Source: Halocafeteria seosinensis (taxonomy: Eukaryota). From it: DNA of 58,408 nt. Location of the stretch: the NCBI GenBank assembly GCA_001687465.1, contig LVLI01000018.1, positions 1 to 58,408 on the forward strand, in the 5' to 3' direction. The translations under genes were made by a program, and so were the position numbers. A model generated the notes under the pieces. It saw nothing but the letters and a program-made list of their open reading frames with translations. It did no database searches and was not told the DNA's origin. Positions within the stretch are counted from its first letter, which is position 1. Each line of letters opens with the position of its first letter. Of the stretch, positions 13,101-24,855 are shown piece after piece.

Positions 13101-14370
13101 GGGCGACTTCTTCCGTGTTCCCACGCGCGCCGATATAGTTGCGAGCCTGTTCAACTGTTTGGATGGGCCGTGCTTCTTCCAACGACGGTCGAAATGCTTC
13201 AAGCATTTCGGTGTCCGAGAAGTCATACACAATATGGGAAAGTATTTGCCTGTCGTTCGCAAAGCCTAAAGCGCGGAACAACACAACCACAGGAATTTCT
13301 TGCTTAATTTTGGGAAGCTTAACCCGGATTTGGTTTCCTTCATGAACATCTTTGCGTTCGCTTTTGCGATACAAATACATGCTCATTTCAGTCAAGGGCC
13401 GGTTAGAGTGTTCAAGCTGGGATCGAACTTCCGCAATCCAGCTATACTTGGAGGGGGCTTTTTTGCTAAAGCAGTACACTCGATTATATGCTTGACGCTC
13501 TTGCGCAACAATCACTTTTTCACTTCCATTCACAATGAAATATCCACCCATATCATATCGGCATTCACCTTGTTCAACTTTATCTCGGTCGCTGCAATTT
13601 TTGAGCCGGCAGTATCGCGATTGAACCATGATTGGAATCTGCAAGTTGATGATGAGTTGTTTAAGTTCTCGATACAACACTACGGTCGTAAGCCAGCCAG
13701 CCAAAACGTACATTCCCAAACCATTCTTTGCTAGTGGTTCGCTGTTTCACTTCGTTTGTTTCCATATCGATCCATTTTTGCTCCACATCAATGTATAATT
13801 GGGACCAATAACTGCACTCATAACAACACTAAGACAACTCTCCTTTCCTGCTCCTTAAGGTAAGGTGGCTTACGTTAGACTTCGAATCCGTGCTTCGTTG
13901 GGAAAGATCATGTGGTTGTCTCCATGTTCGCCTTCAGTGTGCGTAGGACGAGCCAATTTCGGCTCTCCGAATGAGATTTCCAGCATATCTTGCTGAGGGG
14001 TAACCCCAGGTTCGTAGGTCGGTTTGGGCCGGACCACGATGCTCGGCGTTTCTTGCACAACTTCAATGATGGTGTTGGAGACGAATTCATCAAAACTATC
14101 CAATTGCTGCCGAACAAGCCCTTTTTCATCGAAATGTGCTTTGATAATGGCCCATGGATCAATGGGAATATTGGCACGAGATGGGTCTGTCGAGGACCCA
14201 TGCTCCGAAAGAGACCCCGTGACGCTTCCTCCAGAGGAATACGCGTCTCCGTAGGGCTCCTCCGACCCGCTATCGATATGATCTGACCCTGAATAGCCTT
14301 GGGAGAGACCATTTTTATCGTGTTTTCCAGCAACAGCCCCCGCGGCGGCTGCAGCAGAAGAGGAATCCAT
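10126..14370 (-). CDS. RPB2: DNA-directed RNA polymerase II second-largest subunit (multi-exon)
   Basis: Motifs [76 protein letters not shown] and [11 protein letters not shown]. The ORFs 13870-14379, 11953-13719 and 10126-11694 are linked by short introns and small exons. ATG at 14370. Confidence 0.98.
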
Positions 14371-14810
14371 TGTTTTCACCCTTTTCTACAGCTTTTTCCC
14401 CAAAAATAAACGGGTAACAATAATCTCCCTTTGATTGTCTATCGGATAAAGGTGAAAACAAGCCTACACATGCGCTACAACAACCCAAATGTGCGCCATT
14501 AAAGTACTTAAATGATCCACCGTGCCCCGGCACCAGGCACGGCCACACCACCCGACAAACACGGTTAATCTGCCACCCCAAGGCATCAGGCACGGCCGGA
14601 CCACCGGAGGAGGATCTCCCTGAGTCTTTTTGTTGTTTAATACCTCCCACTATGCTCCCCTAAGGGGTACCCCTCTTGTTTGAGTCCCCTGGAGGTCCCC
14701 TTGGGAGACTTTTCAGAGGCTTTTAAATCCATTATATAAGGTATTTCGTATTGATTACCATCCTCAAGTGATCTTTGGTATATCTAGTGCCTTATGTAAA
14801 GACAGTCGTG

Positions 14811-15479
14811 ATGTTGCGACACTTGGTACGGCAGTCTAATGCCCGTATTTTAGCTTCCAAAGCCCCCTTGGGGCGCGCTGTTTCGCCTCATATACCAGCT
14901 TCCTCGTCCAATTCCAGCTCTATAAAGGCTTCTCAAGGGTCCGATGCCTCCCATACAGCGTCCCGCGAGTGGTCCCCACAGATGCAAAAGTACCTGGAGA
15001 CGCAAGCGTACATGTTTAATGAAAAACCACCTCCGGAAGGCCAATCGAGGCAGTGGTTTTATTGGGAACCCAGCTATTATCTCGTCTGGGCTGGCCTCAT
15101 TTTTGCCCTTGTTATGGGCTACAGAGCCCCTGAGACCATCCAGGATTGGGCGCGGGACGAAGCCGAGGAACGCATACGACGACGCATCCAGGGACAGCCT
15201 GTGGAGTACGGATACAATTACGCCACGTAGGTTCGAATCCTTGTCGCGCTTGTTTGGCTTTTTTTTATTTTTTTATTTTCAATGATGTACAGATTTCGAT
15301 ACATGCGTGAACAAGGACGACCGCATCCTCAGGATCCTGACTTAACGCCGCAACAGCGACAGGAAGCGCAGGAGCGAGTGAACGAGAGATCCGCCAAGTT
15401 ACTGGAAGCCCAAAAGGGACGATTAAGTGATAGAGCATATGAACAAGTACAAGAATTCTTGCAAGAGAAAAAGGAATAA
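14811..15479 (+). CDS. NDUFB11: Complex I ESSS/NDUFB11-like subunit with mitochondrial-type presequence (intron 15227-15292)
   Basis: Arg/Ser-rich N-terminus (MLRHLVRQSNAR) followed by FNEKPPPEGQSRQWFYWE-TM-PETIQDWARDEAEER, which matches the ESSS pattern. Confidence 0.72.
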
Positions 15480-15778
15480 AGAGATACTGACACAGTGTTG
15501 CTTTCTGCTCTCCCCCTCGACGTTGTAATTATCAGTCAAGAATGACTACGCGATGGAGTAGGCACACAATGGTAGGCACATACAGATACAATTGTGCAAA
15601 ATGAAAGTCGTGTTTAGCAAGCAAGCATTTGCTAATTGGCAAAAAACATATGGACGTGAAATTGTTTGTAAGGCTAAATGGCCTGAGTAGATATAGATTT
15701 GCGCGTGGCGTTAGATTGAGTTATGAATTAAGACAAATATGCCGCGGCTGAACAGAGGCGCAAATACTTTGAAACCTA

Positions 15779-18700
15779 TTAACCACGGCGTTTGCTGAGA
15801 CGCCATGCTCCTGGCTCGTTGAAGCGGTCGTATAAAGGTTCCAACTTCTCCCTGCGTTTCTGCTTGGAGATCTGGTTGGGATCGGCTTGCTGGAATCGAC
15901 GAGGTGCTAGTTCAATCAACCACTTAGAGTCGATAGCCATCACATTACGCATATACTCTTTGCTTGTCATAATGAGTTCATGATAAATACACCAATCAGG
16001 CTGTCGATTAAAGAGAGAAGAGGACGGGTGCATGTATACAGTTTGGCCATCCGTCAAAGTCTTGTATCCTTCTTGTGGATCCTTCTTGGCCGCATGGGTA
16101 AAGAAACCAGCTGTAATCGCCTTCTGCACTAATTGATAATTCTTCTTACAAGTTGTCACATCCAACTTATATCGATCCATTATACTCAGCAACTGTTTCC
16201 TAACATCATCAGCACGCCGCATGGCTCGAGACTGGACAAAGTTCTCGTGACACCATGCGTTGCTAAACTTGCTCGCTTTCCAAGATTCATACACGTTGAG
16301 GAAGGTTAGATGGTCACCTTCAGGCATGTGGAATTTAGCTTTCTTTTGATCTGCCTGCGCTTGCTTCTCCTTGGGACGGTAAAACACTTGTTCGACGGAA
16401 AGCATGGCGACAATGGTCAGCACCTCTTCAGAGCATCCCAAATCGACGGAGATAAGCAGTGTCTTGGATAATGACGGCTCCAGTGGAAACTCCGCCATCT
16501 TCCTACCAAGACGAGTCAACAAGCCTTCATCATCCAGTGCTCCCAATGCATATAAATGCTCCATGGCACTCACAAGAGTCTGTACAGGGGGAGGATCCAT
16601 GAAGTCAAAGTGCAACAAGTCATTAATGCCCATGGCTTTGAGCTGCAATACAACGTTGGCCAAGTTTGTACGCTGAATTTCGGGCACACTGTTTGGCAAC
16701 ATTTCATTCTTGAATGCATTCTCCGTATACAGCCTGTAGCACTTGCCGGGTCCTGTACGACCAGCTCGACCCGCTCGCTGACGCGCCGACGCCTGACTAA
16801 TAGGAACTACCACCAGTGAATCCATTCCTGTCTTCGGATTGAATACCTTCTGTTTACAAAAGCCTGGATCCACAACATAATAGATACCGTCAATCGTCAA
16901 CGACGCTTCCGCAATATTGGTTGCAATAATGCATTTTCGTGACAGAGATGGTGCCGGCTCGAATATCCTAGACTGCATTTCCGATGGCAACGCACCGTAA
17001 ACGGGTAGAATAATCAGCTCAGGAACATCAGGCCCCAACGCTTTCATCCTTTCATATAATATCTCGCAAGCGGTATCAATCTCTTCTTGCCCAGTAAGGA
17101 AGACAAGTATATCTCCCGGCGGTTCTCGTAAGTGGATTTGCATGCACGTAATCAGAGCAGCGTCCACGTAATCAGACTCCGGCTCTTTCGTATAGAGAAT
17201 CTCAACATCGTACGTTCTTCCAGGAATTGTAAACACAGGACACTCGAAAAAGTACTCGGAAAACTTTTCGGCATCCAAAGTAGCAGAGGTAACAATCAAT
17301 CGAAAATCAGGACGCTTTTTAGCTAACTCTTTCATGAGGCCGAAAAGTACATCCGTATGGATGGTACGCTCATGAGCTTCGTCCAGCATAATAACACTGT
17401 ATTTTTTCAGATCTCGATCCATCAGGTACTCCCGCATCAACATACCGTCCGTCATGTATTTGATCTGCGTTTCTTGGCTGGTGCAATCTTCGAACCGAAT
17501 CGAGTACCCAACGTCTTGACCAACACGACATCCAAACTCTTCTGCCACTCGCTTTGCTACGCTGACAGCAGCTACACGACGGGGCTGTGTACAGCCGACC
17601 ATACCTTTGGATGTATACCCGGCTTCTGCCAGGTATTGTGTCATCTGGGTGGTCTTTCCGGAGCCTGTTTCACCAATCACGACGAGTACTTGGTTATTAG
17701 CTACTGCTTGAAGGAATTCATCCCTCAAAGCGTAAATGGGTAGAGTCTCTCGTTGCTCTTTGATACTCTTATTTGTAATTTTACCGTAACTCACGTCATT
17801 CGCCATCGACTTCTTCTTCCATTCCGGCATATCCGCTTTTGATCCTCCAAACGTCGATCTCAATTCTCCAGCCAACATTTTATCACCTACCTCCGGCATG
17901 GGATCGTTGAAACCACGGGAAAGGTCTTTGGGGATATTATCTAACAGCTGATTTTGCTGTTGCGTTTTCAGCTCCCTTCGCTCCTTTTGAAGCGCGCTCT
18001 GGGTCATCGCAGCACGTTGCAATGAGCCATCGGGGTTCTTGACCACTTTGACGGGTGACAATTCTCGTGTGTTTTGAGTTTGACCTCGGAGAAATGGTGG
18101 CTCCTCCTCTTTCACTTCAACTTCGCCCGTTTCTTCTGTTTCATCCTCGCCTAATACACCGTGTACTTCATCAAACCCAGGCATTTCCTCCGGTGGAAGG
18201 ACTCCGGCAGCAGCAAGTTGCTTCGCTTCAAATCTCTCTGGGCTTGACATTCGCTTTGCTTCGCCTTTTTTCTCTGAGTGAAGAACTTTGTCCACATCTA
18301 CATCGGTATGTCGGTCTGGCTTGGAGGGATTTACCCCCGATGAGGCACTTGCTTCTAAGGCTGCCTGCTGTCGTTGCGGCAACAGGTCTTCTCCTGTTTT
18401 CTGATCGCAGTCCTTCATTGAATACGTCATCTTGCTACCGGTTTTCGAAATAACTTTGATAAATACTCGTTGTCCGCGTCGCACATAGTCCTTGGCGTTG
18501 TCGATTTTCCCCGAACCGGTCATTTGGCTCACATGTACTAATCCTTCCTTATCAGGGAATTCATCCAGCTCGACAAACGCACCAAACTCCATGATTCGAC
18601 TCACTTTCCCTGGGTAAATGCCGTATAGTTCAGGTTCATCTGCTTGTCCAGAGCGCCGACCCGGTTCTTGTCGATTACTGCCGGTTGCGAATGATTCACC

Positions 18701-19432
18701 CCCTCTACTGGACGATCCGTTCCCTCGATGGCTACTACTACGGTCTTTCCTACTACCATGGTCGTTATCACGATAGTCCCTTCCATTACGATGCTTGTTA
18801 TCATCATCATCGTCCTCGTGATGTCGACGACGGCGATCTCGGCGGTCACTGTCATCGTCTCTTGAGTGACGTTCCGACCGACTGCGTTTATGATCTCTGC
18901 CATCGCTGCTTCCCTTTCTCGAAGAAGAAGAACGACCTCTGTCATCATCATTGTATTCATCACGATGGGGGCTTCTTTGACTGGTGGAGCGCTTCCGACC
19001 AGTCTCTTGCCGGCTTGTTTTGCTCTCCTGCGCGGGCTCATTGTCCTCGTCAACCTGTTCTCTGTTTGGCATACTCAATGCTGGGAACTCTTGAGCCTTT
19101 GCATCCTCCATAAACCCTGGTTGTTTGCTCGAATTGGCTTCATTTGGCTCCCTCCCTTCAGCTTTTTCCTTCAAGGAGGGGATAAAAGAGTAGATTAAAC
19201 GTAGTAAAGTCCCCACAAATGACTCCCCAAACTCGGCTCCATTGTCCCTTAGTGCCCTCTGGAAGTCCTCCGGCCTCGGATTCTCCTCGGCAAGGTACAC
19301 AATGAACTCTGCAAGGTCCTTATCGGAAAAGCCCACGGTGTTGTCCAAGGCCTCACAGATCTTTGAGACCAGATTTAAGTGCGTTAGCTTATCCAGTGAG
19401 GATGATTTTTGTTTCGATGAGGAAGAGGACAT
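15779..19432 (-). CDS. DHX8: Pre-mRNA splicing DEAH-box helicase PRP22/DHX8
   Basis: Single 1217-aa ORF with an RD/RS-rich region, an S1 domain ([15 protein letters not shown]), [25 protein letters not shown] and the C-terminal [17 protein letters not shown]. Confidence 0.97.
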   Translation of the reverse strand: MSSSSSKQKSSSLDKLTHLNLVSKICEALDNTVGFSDKDLAEFIVYLAEENPRPEDFQRALRDNGAEFGESFVGTLLRLIYSFIPSLKEKAEGREPNEANSSKQPGFMEDAKAQEFPALSMPNREQVDEDNEPAQESKTSRQETGRKRSTSQRSPHRDEYNDDDRGRSSSSRKGSSDGRDHKRSRSERHSRDDDSDRRDRRRRHHEDDDDDNKHRNGRDYRDNDHGSRKDRSSSHRGNGSSSRGGESFATGSNRQEPGRRSGQADEPELYGIYPGKVSRIMEFGAFVELDEFPDKEGLVHVSQMTGSGKIDNAKDYVRRGQRVFIKVISKTGSKMTYSMKDCDQKTGEDLLPQRQQAALEASASSGVNPSKPDRHTDVDVDKVLHSEKKGEAKRMSSPERFEAKQLAAAGVLPPEEMPGFDEVHGVLGEDETEETGEVEVKEEEPPFLRGQTQNTRELSPVKVVKNPDGSLQRAAMTQSALQKERRELKTQQQNQLLDNIPKDLSRGFNDPMPEVGDKMLAGELRSTFGGSKADMPEWKKKSMANDVSYGKITNKSIKEQRETLPIYALRDEFLQAVANNQVLVVIGETGSGKTTQMTQYLAEAGYTSKGMVGCTQPRRVAAVSVAKRVAEEFGCRVGQDVGYSIRFEDCTSQETQIKYMTDGMLMREYLMDRDLKKYSVIMLDEAHERTIHTDVLFGLMKELAKKRPDFRLIVTSATLDAEKFSEYFFECPVFTIPGRTYDVEILYTKEPESDYVDAALITCMQIHLREPPGDILVFLTGQEEIDTACEILYERMKALGPDVPELIILPVYGALPSEMQSRIFEPAPSLSRKCIIATNIAEASLTIDGIYYVVDPGFCKQKVFNPKTGMDSLVVVPISQASARQRAGRAGRTGPGKCYRLYTENAFKNEMLPNSVPEIQRTNLANVVLQLKAMGINDLLHFDFMDPPPVQTLVSAMEHLYALGALDDEGLLTRLGRKMAEFPLEPSLSKTLLISVDLGCSEEVLTIVAMLSVEQVFYRPKEKQAQADQKKAKFHMPEGDHLTFLNVYESWKASKFSNAWCHENFVQSRAMRRADDVRKQLLSIMDRYKLDVTTCKKNYQLVQKAITAGFFTHAAKKDPQEGYKTLTDGQTVYMHPSSSLFNRQPDWCIYHELIMTSKEYMRNVMAIDSKWLIELAPRRFQQADPNQISKQKRREKLEPLYDRFNEPGAWRLSKRRG

Positions 19433-19671
19433 TTTGAACTACCTATTTGACTTGATACGGCTCTTCAAAACGGAGGGGAATAGTGCATACATCAACCCCA
19501 TAACTCTTGGCTACTTTACGCAAATGTCTTAGTGAACGAAAAGATTGTCGTGTTTCAACTTCTTGGTGAGAACTTCCATTGGCGTATAATACGCGAGTAT
19601 GCATACTACTGTACTTGTCCAAACTTCTCCACGTGGATATCATAATTAATAAACTTGGGAAGCTATTCACG

Positions 19672-20061
19672 ATGTCGTCGTCTTCGAAAGAGACTCAGAA
19701 TAAGGCCTCCAAAGAGGACGGCCACCCCGAACAGGAGGCTTCTCAGGATCATAAACAAGCTCCTGACAGCTTATTACCCCCTTTAGATGTGCTAGAAGAA
19801 GATGATGACTTCCAAGAATTCGGCGAGGAAGGTATGTGATACAGTAATGGTCCCATAGGGCCACGAAAAGGAGTGAAAATGGGCTAAAAATGTGTGTTTT
19901 GGGGTGCAGAATGGGACCCCAAAGAGATGGTCAATGAAGATGAACGCCTATGGCAGGACGATTGGGATGATGAATTGATGGATGATGAATTCTGTGTCCA
20001 TCTACGGAGCGAAATTGACAAAGTCAAGCACCAGCAAGAGCAGGGAGGAGAGCAGAAGTAG
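19672..20061 (+). CDS. SEM1: 26S proteasome subunit SEM1/DSS1 (intron 19832-19909)
   Basis: The spliced product contains LEEDDDFQEF..EW....LWQDDWDDE..DDEF..HLRSEI, the DSS1/Sem1 signature. Confidence 0.9.
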
Positions 20062-20413
20062 ATTGGGAAGCTTTGGGGAGGAAGGAATTATAATTGCCCA
20101 ATTAAGTTGTTATCTCAGGACAAGGAAAAGAAAGCAATCTGCTGCGTTCATATAACCGTATAAAACTCTGATGATCGTCGCCAAGCGAGCGAAGCACAGT
20201 GCTGGGAGATAGTGTTTATTCTTCAAACGTTTCCTTTACCAGCGGTATTGTTTGAATTGTCATTATTACCAAGTTAACCAAGTTATTAGTTATCATCAGG
20301 AAGAGATACATCAAGGCAGTTATACTAGTACCCTGCATTCATGGGATACGACTTTTATCATTATCCTTCCAGTGGAAACATACATTACTTGCGATGCATT
20401 CTTTCTCACTACG

Positions 20414-22431
20414 TCAGTCATAAGCTCGACGATGGCGGCACATGCCGCAGCATAACAGGTGCAAGAAAGTTACAGCCAGCCAAACAACTATCTCAATGAG
20501 CCAATCAAAATGATAGACGATGCGTCTATACCATGGCCGTCGTTCCGCGGCCCTTTGAGGCCTTGGGGTCGGGAGCTCGCTCTCCGTATGTGTTGCAGAC
20601 GTCCGAGAACCCTCGGTTTGCTGGGACGGCTGCCTCCGTTTCCTCGCCGTCGTCGTCATAGAGCTATGACTGTCGTAGCCAGTGGTGTTTGCTTTTCTAT
20701 CCTCCATAGTTCTGTCATTATCAAAGTACACCAGTATCCGATTCAATTGGATATGTTGCGGATCCTGGACTACGTAATAAGCACCCTCTGAAGCTTGTTT
20801 CCTTTCATCCACAAAATTATCTGGGTGCTTGATTACTTCACACATAAAGACTACAGAGAAACTGCATTTTTTCAGATTATCTTTCTGGGTATCTGTATTT
20901 GATTGAAGCCGTTCTCCCACCAAAGCCTTTCTTAAACGCTCGATGGTCTTTACATCTCCAGACACTAGCGAAGTTCTTGACACGGAACCAGTAGAAGCGG
21001 CAAAGCTTTTCGCAACCTTATGGGCATTACAAAAGTATACTCCATCGCCAAATATTGCACCAGAACGCATTTGTCGTGTATGGCTAAATGATTTCAACCC
21101 GTTCTGTATAATAGAGAATGCATTTTCACTCGATGATCCATGGAAAGCGACTGTAGCATAATAGCAAAGACATAGAGAGAGAAGCTCCATCGTCATCATC
21201 AGCATCAAAAAGACACCTAATTGCAGCGTAATGTACTTACTATCAGACCCGTATTGCTTTTTCAATTTCTTAAAGCTGGGTTTCGACGGACAGTCAACTA
21301 GCAATTCCAGCGATGGTCGAAACGGATCCCCGCTGGGAAGAGAATCAATGAAGCTAACCTGTGCAAATTTCGGGTTGCGAATACCAGGTGCTGCCAAGAC
21401 CTCCAACCCTACAGGTAGTGATTGAAGCATCCATTGCAGTGTAATACGCTGCTGATCGGACAGCGCGCTGAGCATAAACGACCAGTGGGATTCATCCCAA
21501 TGACTAGCCTGAATCGAAGCTATTAGTTCAGGTAGCCACTCGAAAAGCGACCCTTTGCATACATTTTGCATCTTCTCAAATTCAGATCCTATATTCTTAT
21601 GGCTGTAAAACAGCCTTGGCAGAGGCGTGCACACAGTAGCGCAGCGCAAATGTAAAGCAGCAGAAGACAAAAAGCCGAATAAGCAGTTCAATCCCAAAAG
21701 TCGGTAGGGGAAGCGCTCCTGAGATACTTGTTGGCATGAGGCTAGGGAGCTCTCCGTTAGCCAGCTTTGATCACTAATGTAGGAAGGGGCCCTGAACTCT
21801 AGGTGATTCTGCGATAAGATACTTAAGCAAGCACGATCCACTTCGGCACCTTGCTCCAAGTGCGAGGGCATGCTGGGTAAATAGCGTGTCGGGTCCTGCT
21901 CATTCAGTCGCTTCAAAATAGTTTGGCAGAGTGAGACTACTTTCCCTCGGGATTGCACTTCGGGATCAAATGACAACTGGGTGCACAATTCGCTCAATTC
22001 CTGTAGCCGGGGAAATCAAAGCCAAATTCATAAAACCTTGGGAGACAGGCAATCACAACCTCTTCCGTCGCACGTACGTCTTTTGCAGTGCTATGCGCAA
22101 AGAGGAAGAATGGCTCGGCCGTCTCATCCTTGATCAGCACGTAAATCGTCTGTGGGAATTCAAACGTTTCCCCGTCCCTTTGACTCAAGATGAGGAATGA
22201 CAAAATGCGGGTCGCCGTATTCCAATGAACTCGTTGAATCCACTGCATATTTCACCACCCATACGTAATGAATGCATGGTTACATGCATGCATGAACCAG
22301 CAGCAAGCACGCACCGCTGGCCGAGTTTTACTGGGCACGATATGCTCGAGTAACACGGATATCTCTTGACGATTCTCAATGCGATCAACGGCGGGATCCT
22401 CCTCCTGCTGCTCCGATGCTGAAGCTGCCAT
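20414..22431 (-). CDS. PARP16-like mono-ADP-ribosyltransferase with C-terminal hydrophobic anchor (multi-exon)
   Basis: Motifs AFHGSSSENAFSIIQNGL, IFGDGVYF and AYYVVQDPQHIQLNRILVY, then the hydrophobic tail FDWLIEIVVWLAVTFL. Likely ATG at 22431 (MAASASEQQ). Exon boundaries are only partly resolved. Confidence 0.78.
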
Positions 22432-22683
22432 GTCATGTAAGAAGGAAAAGAGTCTAAATTTCAATCAATTCTGGAGTGTATACATGTGTATCTGTGTGAC
22501 GACGCTACTAAATAACAATAAATACCGAAATGAATAGTATACCATACTATGGTAGGGGCATGAATGGAGCATCGAGCTTCACAGATGACGGTCCATTTTG
22601 GCACAGAGCCAAACCCTAAATCAGCAACTTTTTACGCTAGCATTTTTAGTCAGTCTGAGAATCGAGTTCTTGGTTGTATTATT

Positions 22684-23915
22684 CTACAACAATGGATCAT
22701 TCCCTGCACCACCGACATCGGAATCGGGTGGCACGTAAGAAGTCGACTGGGCACTACTGCTACTCCAAACAGGACCAGAGGACGAGCTAGCGACATTCTT
22801 TGGTTTGGATGAAAACCCGGCACCAGTGTAAATGAAGAAGTACCAGTACACAACACCTCCGATTAGGAGTCCCAAGAAGAAGCCTCCGAAGAGTCCACCG
22901 GCGATGGCACCACCACTGGAGCCTTTCGTTTTTCCTGCGTATGTAGCACTTCCTTGGGTAGTACAGTTTCCATGCCCCCATCCGTCGTTACAGTAACAGC
23001 GAGAAGATTTCTGATGGGAGTCGTATCGGCAGACTCCTTTCCGGTTGCAAACATGATCAGGACCGAACTGCTCGGTTTCAGATCTACCACATTCAAGCGG
23101 GCAACCGTGGTTCCCCTCAACGACGATATGATACCGACATTGGCTGTCTTCGACAACCTTCCCCACGTCGAACTTCGTTGAGCGTTCGGCACAGATCTGA
23201 TCGATGGTTACAGCTCGGTTGAATGTTTGCATTACACCGTTCTCGTCTGAGAGCTTACACGGGGTGCCTCCGAGATACACTAAACTCACCCCCAGACTGG
23301 GATCGTTCGAATCCACAAGCTGCCATGACATGTTCTTCCCGGGTGAAATATGCCCACCGATTGCATAGCACACGTCATCGTTATCAAGGTGATACTGAAG
23401 AGCAGCTACCCCATTGTTGTCCTTGACAATTTGTCGACACTTCGGAGATAGATCCTGGACGTCATCCATTCCTGCGAGATACGAGGGCAGTCAAAGGCAC
23501 CTCAGTTATAATTCCTAAACAGGTGCTCTTCGCAACCCTTACCCAAATTCTGGCACAACCCAATCAGGTACTCATACCTGCTTTCAAAGCCATTGACACG
23601 ACTGTCCCGTAAAGTGACAGCTGAGGACTCCCACTTGTAAGTCTGCGGGAAAACCAGGTCATTCAGAACTGCAGCAGAGGAGGGGTACACTTGAATAGGA
23701 CTTACTGCTCCAGGAAAAGCTTTCCCGCAGACAACTGCAATACAATATCGAATGAAAACAGGCAAAATAGTGGTGGACATGAGAACGTCAGGCTTACTGT
23801 CGGATGCCAGTCCTCCTCGTTTCTGCTGTTGCCTCACTGCTGCGGCCGAATCAAAGAGCGTATCCATTCCCAGCAACCCTACGAGGGATATGTAGAGCAT
23901 GGCTATCGAATTCAT
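22684..23915 (-). CDS. Type I membrane protein: signal peptide, MRH (mannose-6-phosphate-receptor homology)-like domain, EGF-like domain, TM
   Basis: Signal-like MNSIAMLYISLVGLLG. MRH-like YLIGLCQ, GVSLVYLGGTPC, RAVTIDQIC, E..CRYHIVV..GCP. EGF-like CNRKGVC...CYCNDGWGHGNC. TM GAIAGGLFGGFFLGLLIGGVVYW. The tail ends NDPLL. Confidence 0.65.
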
Positions 23916-24578
23916 CGTCAATTGAGTGCGAACGAGGTGAATAACGTGATAAAAATGGTCCCAGAAGCGGCAGGTTTCAGCCTTCTGTAGGCTTTCAGAG
24001 GATATTATCACCCCTAGAGGAAGCGACAAACGGTTGTACACAAATATACGCGTCTATTTTCTCCTATCACTGGGTCAATATCGCCATTTACGACACTGAA
24101 TTATCCTCGATGAAGAGGAACCAACTGGCCAAATCCTTCCCGGAGCAACACGACAATCAATTCAGAGACTAAGCGGCCGAAGAAAAGATTGCCATCTTCG
24201 CTCGAGATTCGCGGCGAGTTGGTGAATAACCGCTTCGATTAGCCGTCTCTTTACAAAGCCACAAATAGTTCAAAGAGATGGGAAATTACTCTGAGGGAAC
24301 AGAAATCAGCGTCGGCTGAAGACAGTAGCCTGTCAAGCAACTTTTCGTGATAGCTGTCATGTCTGTAGAACTGAAACTGCCCATTTGTACGTGTACCACA
24401 TATTCACTTGTGTATTCAACTTTAACTGTAGTAAGTACCCGTTAGCCGAGGCTACGCCTCCCTTCATACGCCGTATTGGGCATTACTAAATATTCACTCT
24501 CAGCCTATCTCAGTACCGTAGTTGGCAACATGTAAGTGCGTTACCTGGCCGGCAGGTGGGCTATTTGTCACATTTGTA

Positions 24579-24604
24579 TGTGTGTGTGTGTGTGTGTGTG
24601 TGTG
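24579..24604. repeat. (TG)13 microsatellite
   Basis: Directly visible dinucleotide run. Confidence 0.95.
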
Positions 24605-24855
24605 ACCTAGCGCTTGGCTGTTTGATTTGTATGTACGCCAACCGGAGCTGCGGGTTGCCCGAGTGCTTTTCCTCGTTGGGGAAACTGTATGCGCCAAACG
24701 TAACTAGTACCCGTAAGAAAAAGGGGTGGTTGGTCGCAAGGATAAGGGACACCTGTTGAACTTTGAACAATACAACTGTAATACAATAACATCAACGACA
24801 TATCGTGTCTTCTCGTAGTCATACAGAGTAGGGTGCACATGCACGAAGCCCTCCA

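Noticed and set aside
15230..15240. GGTTCGAATCC, a tRNA T-loop/B-box-like motif
   Set aside because: It lies at the start of a 66-nt intron, has only a 3-bp T-stem, and no acceptor, D or anticodon arms can be folded.
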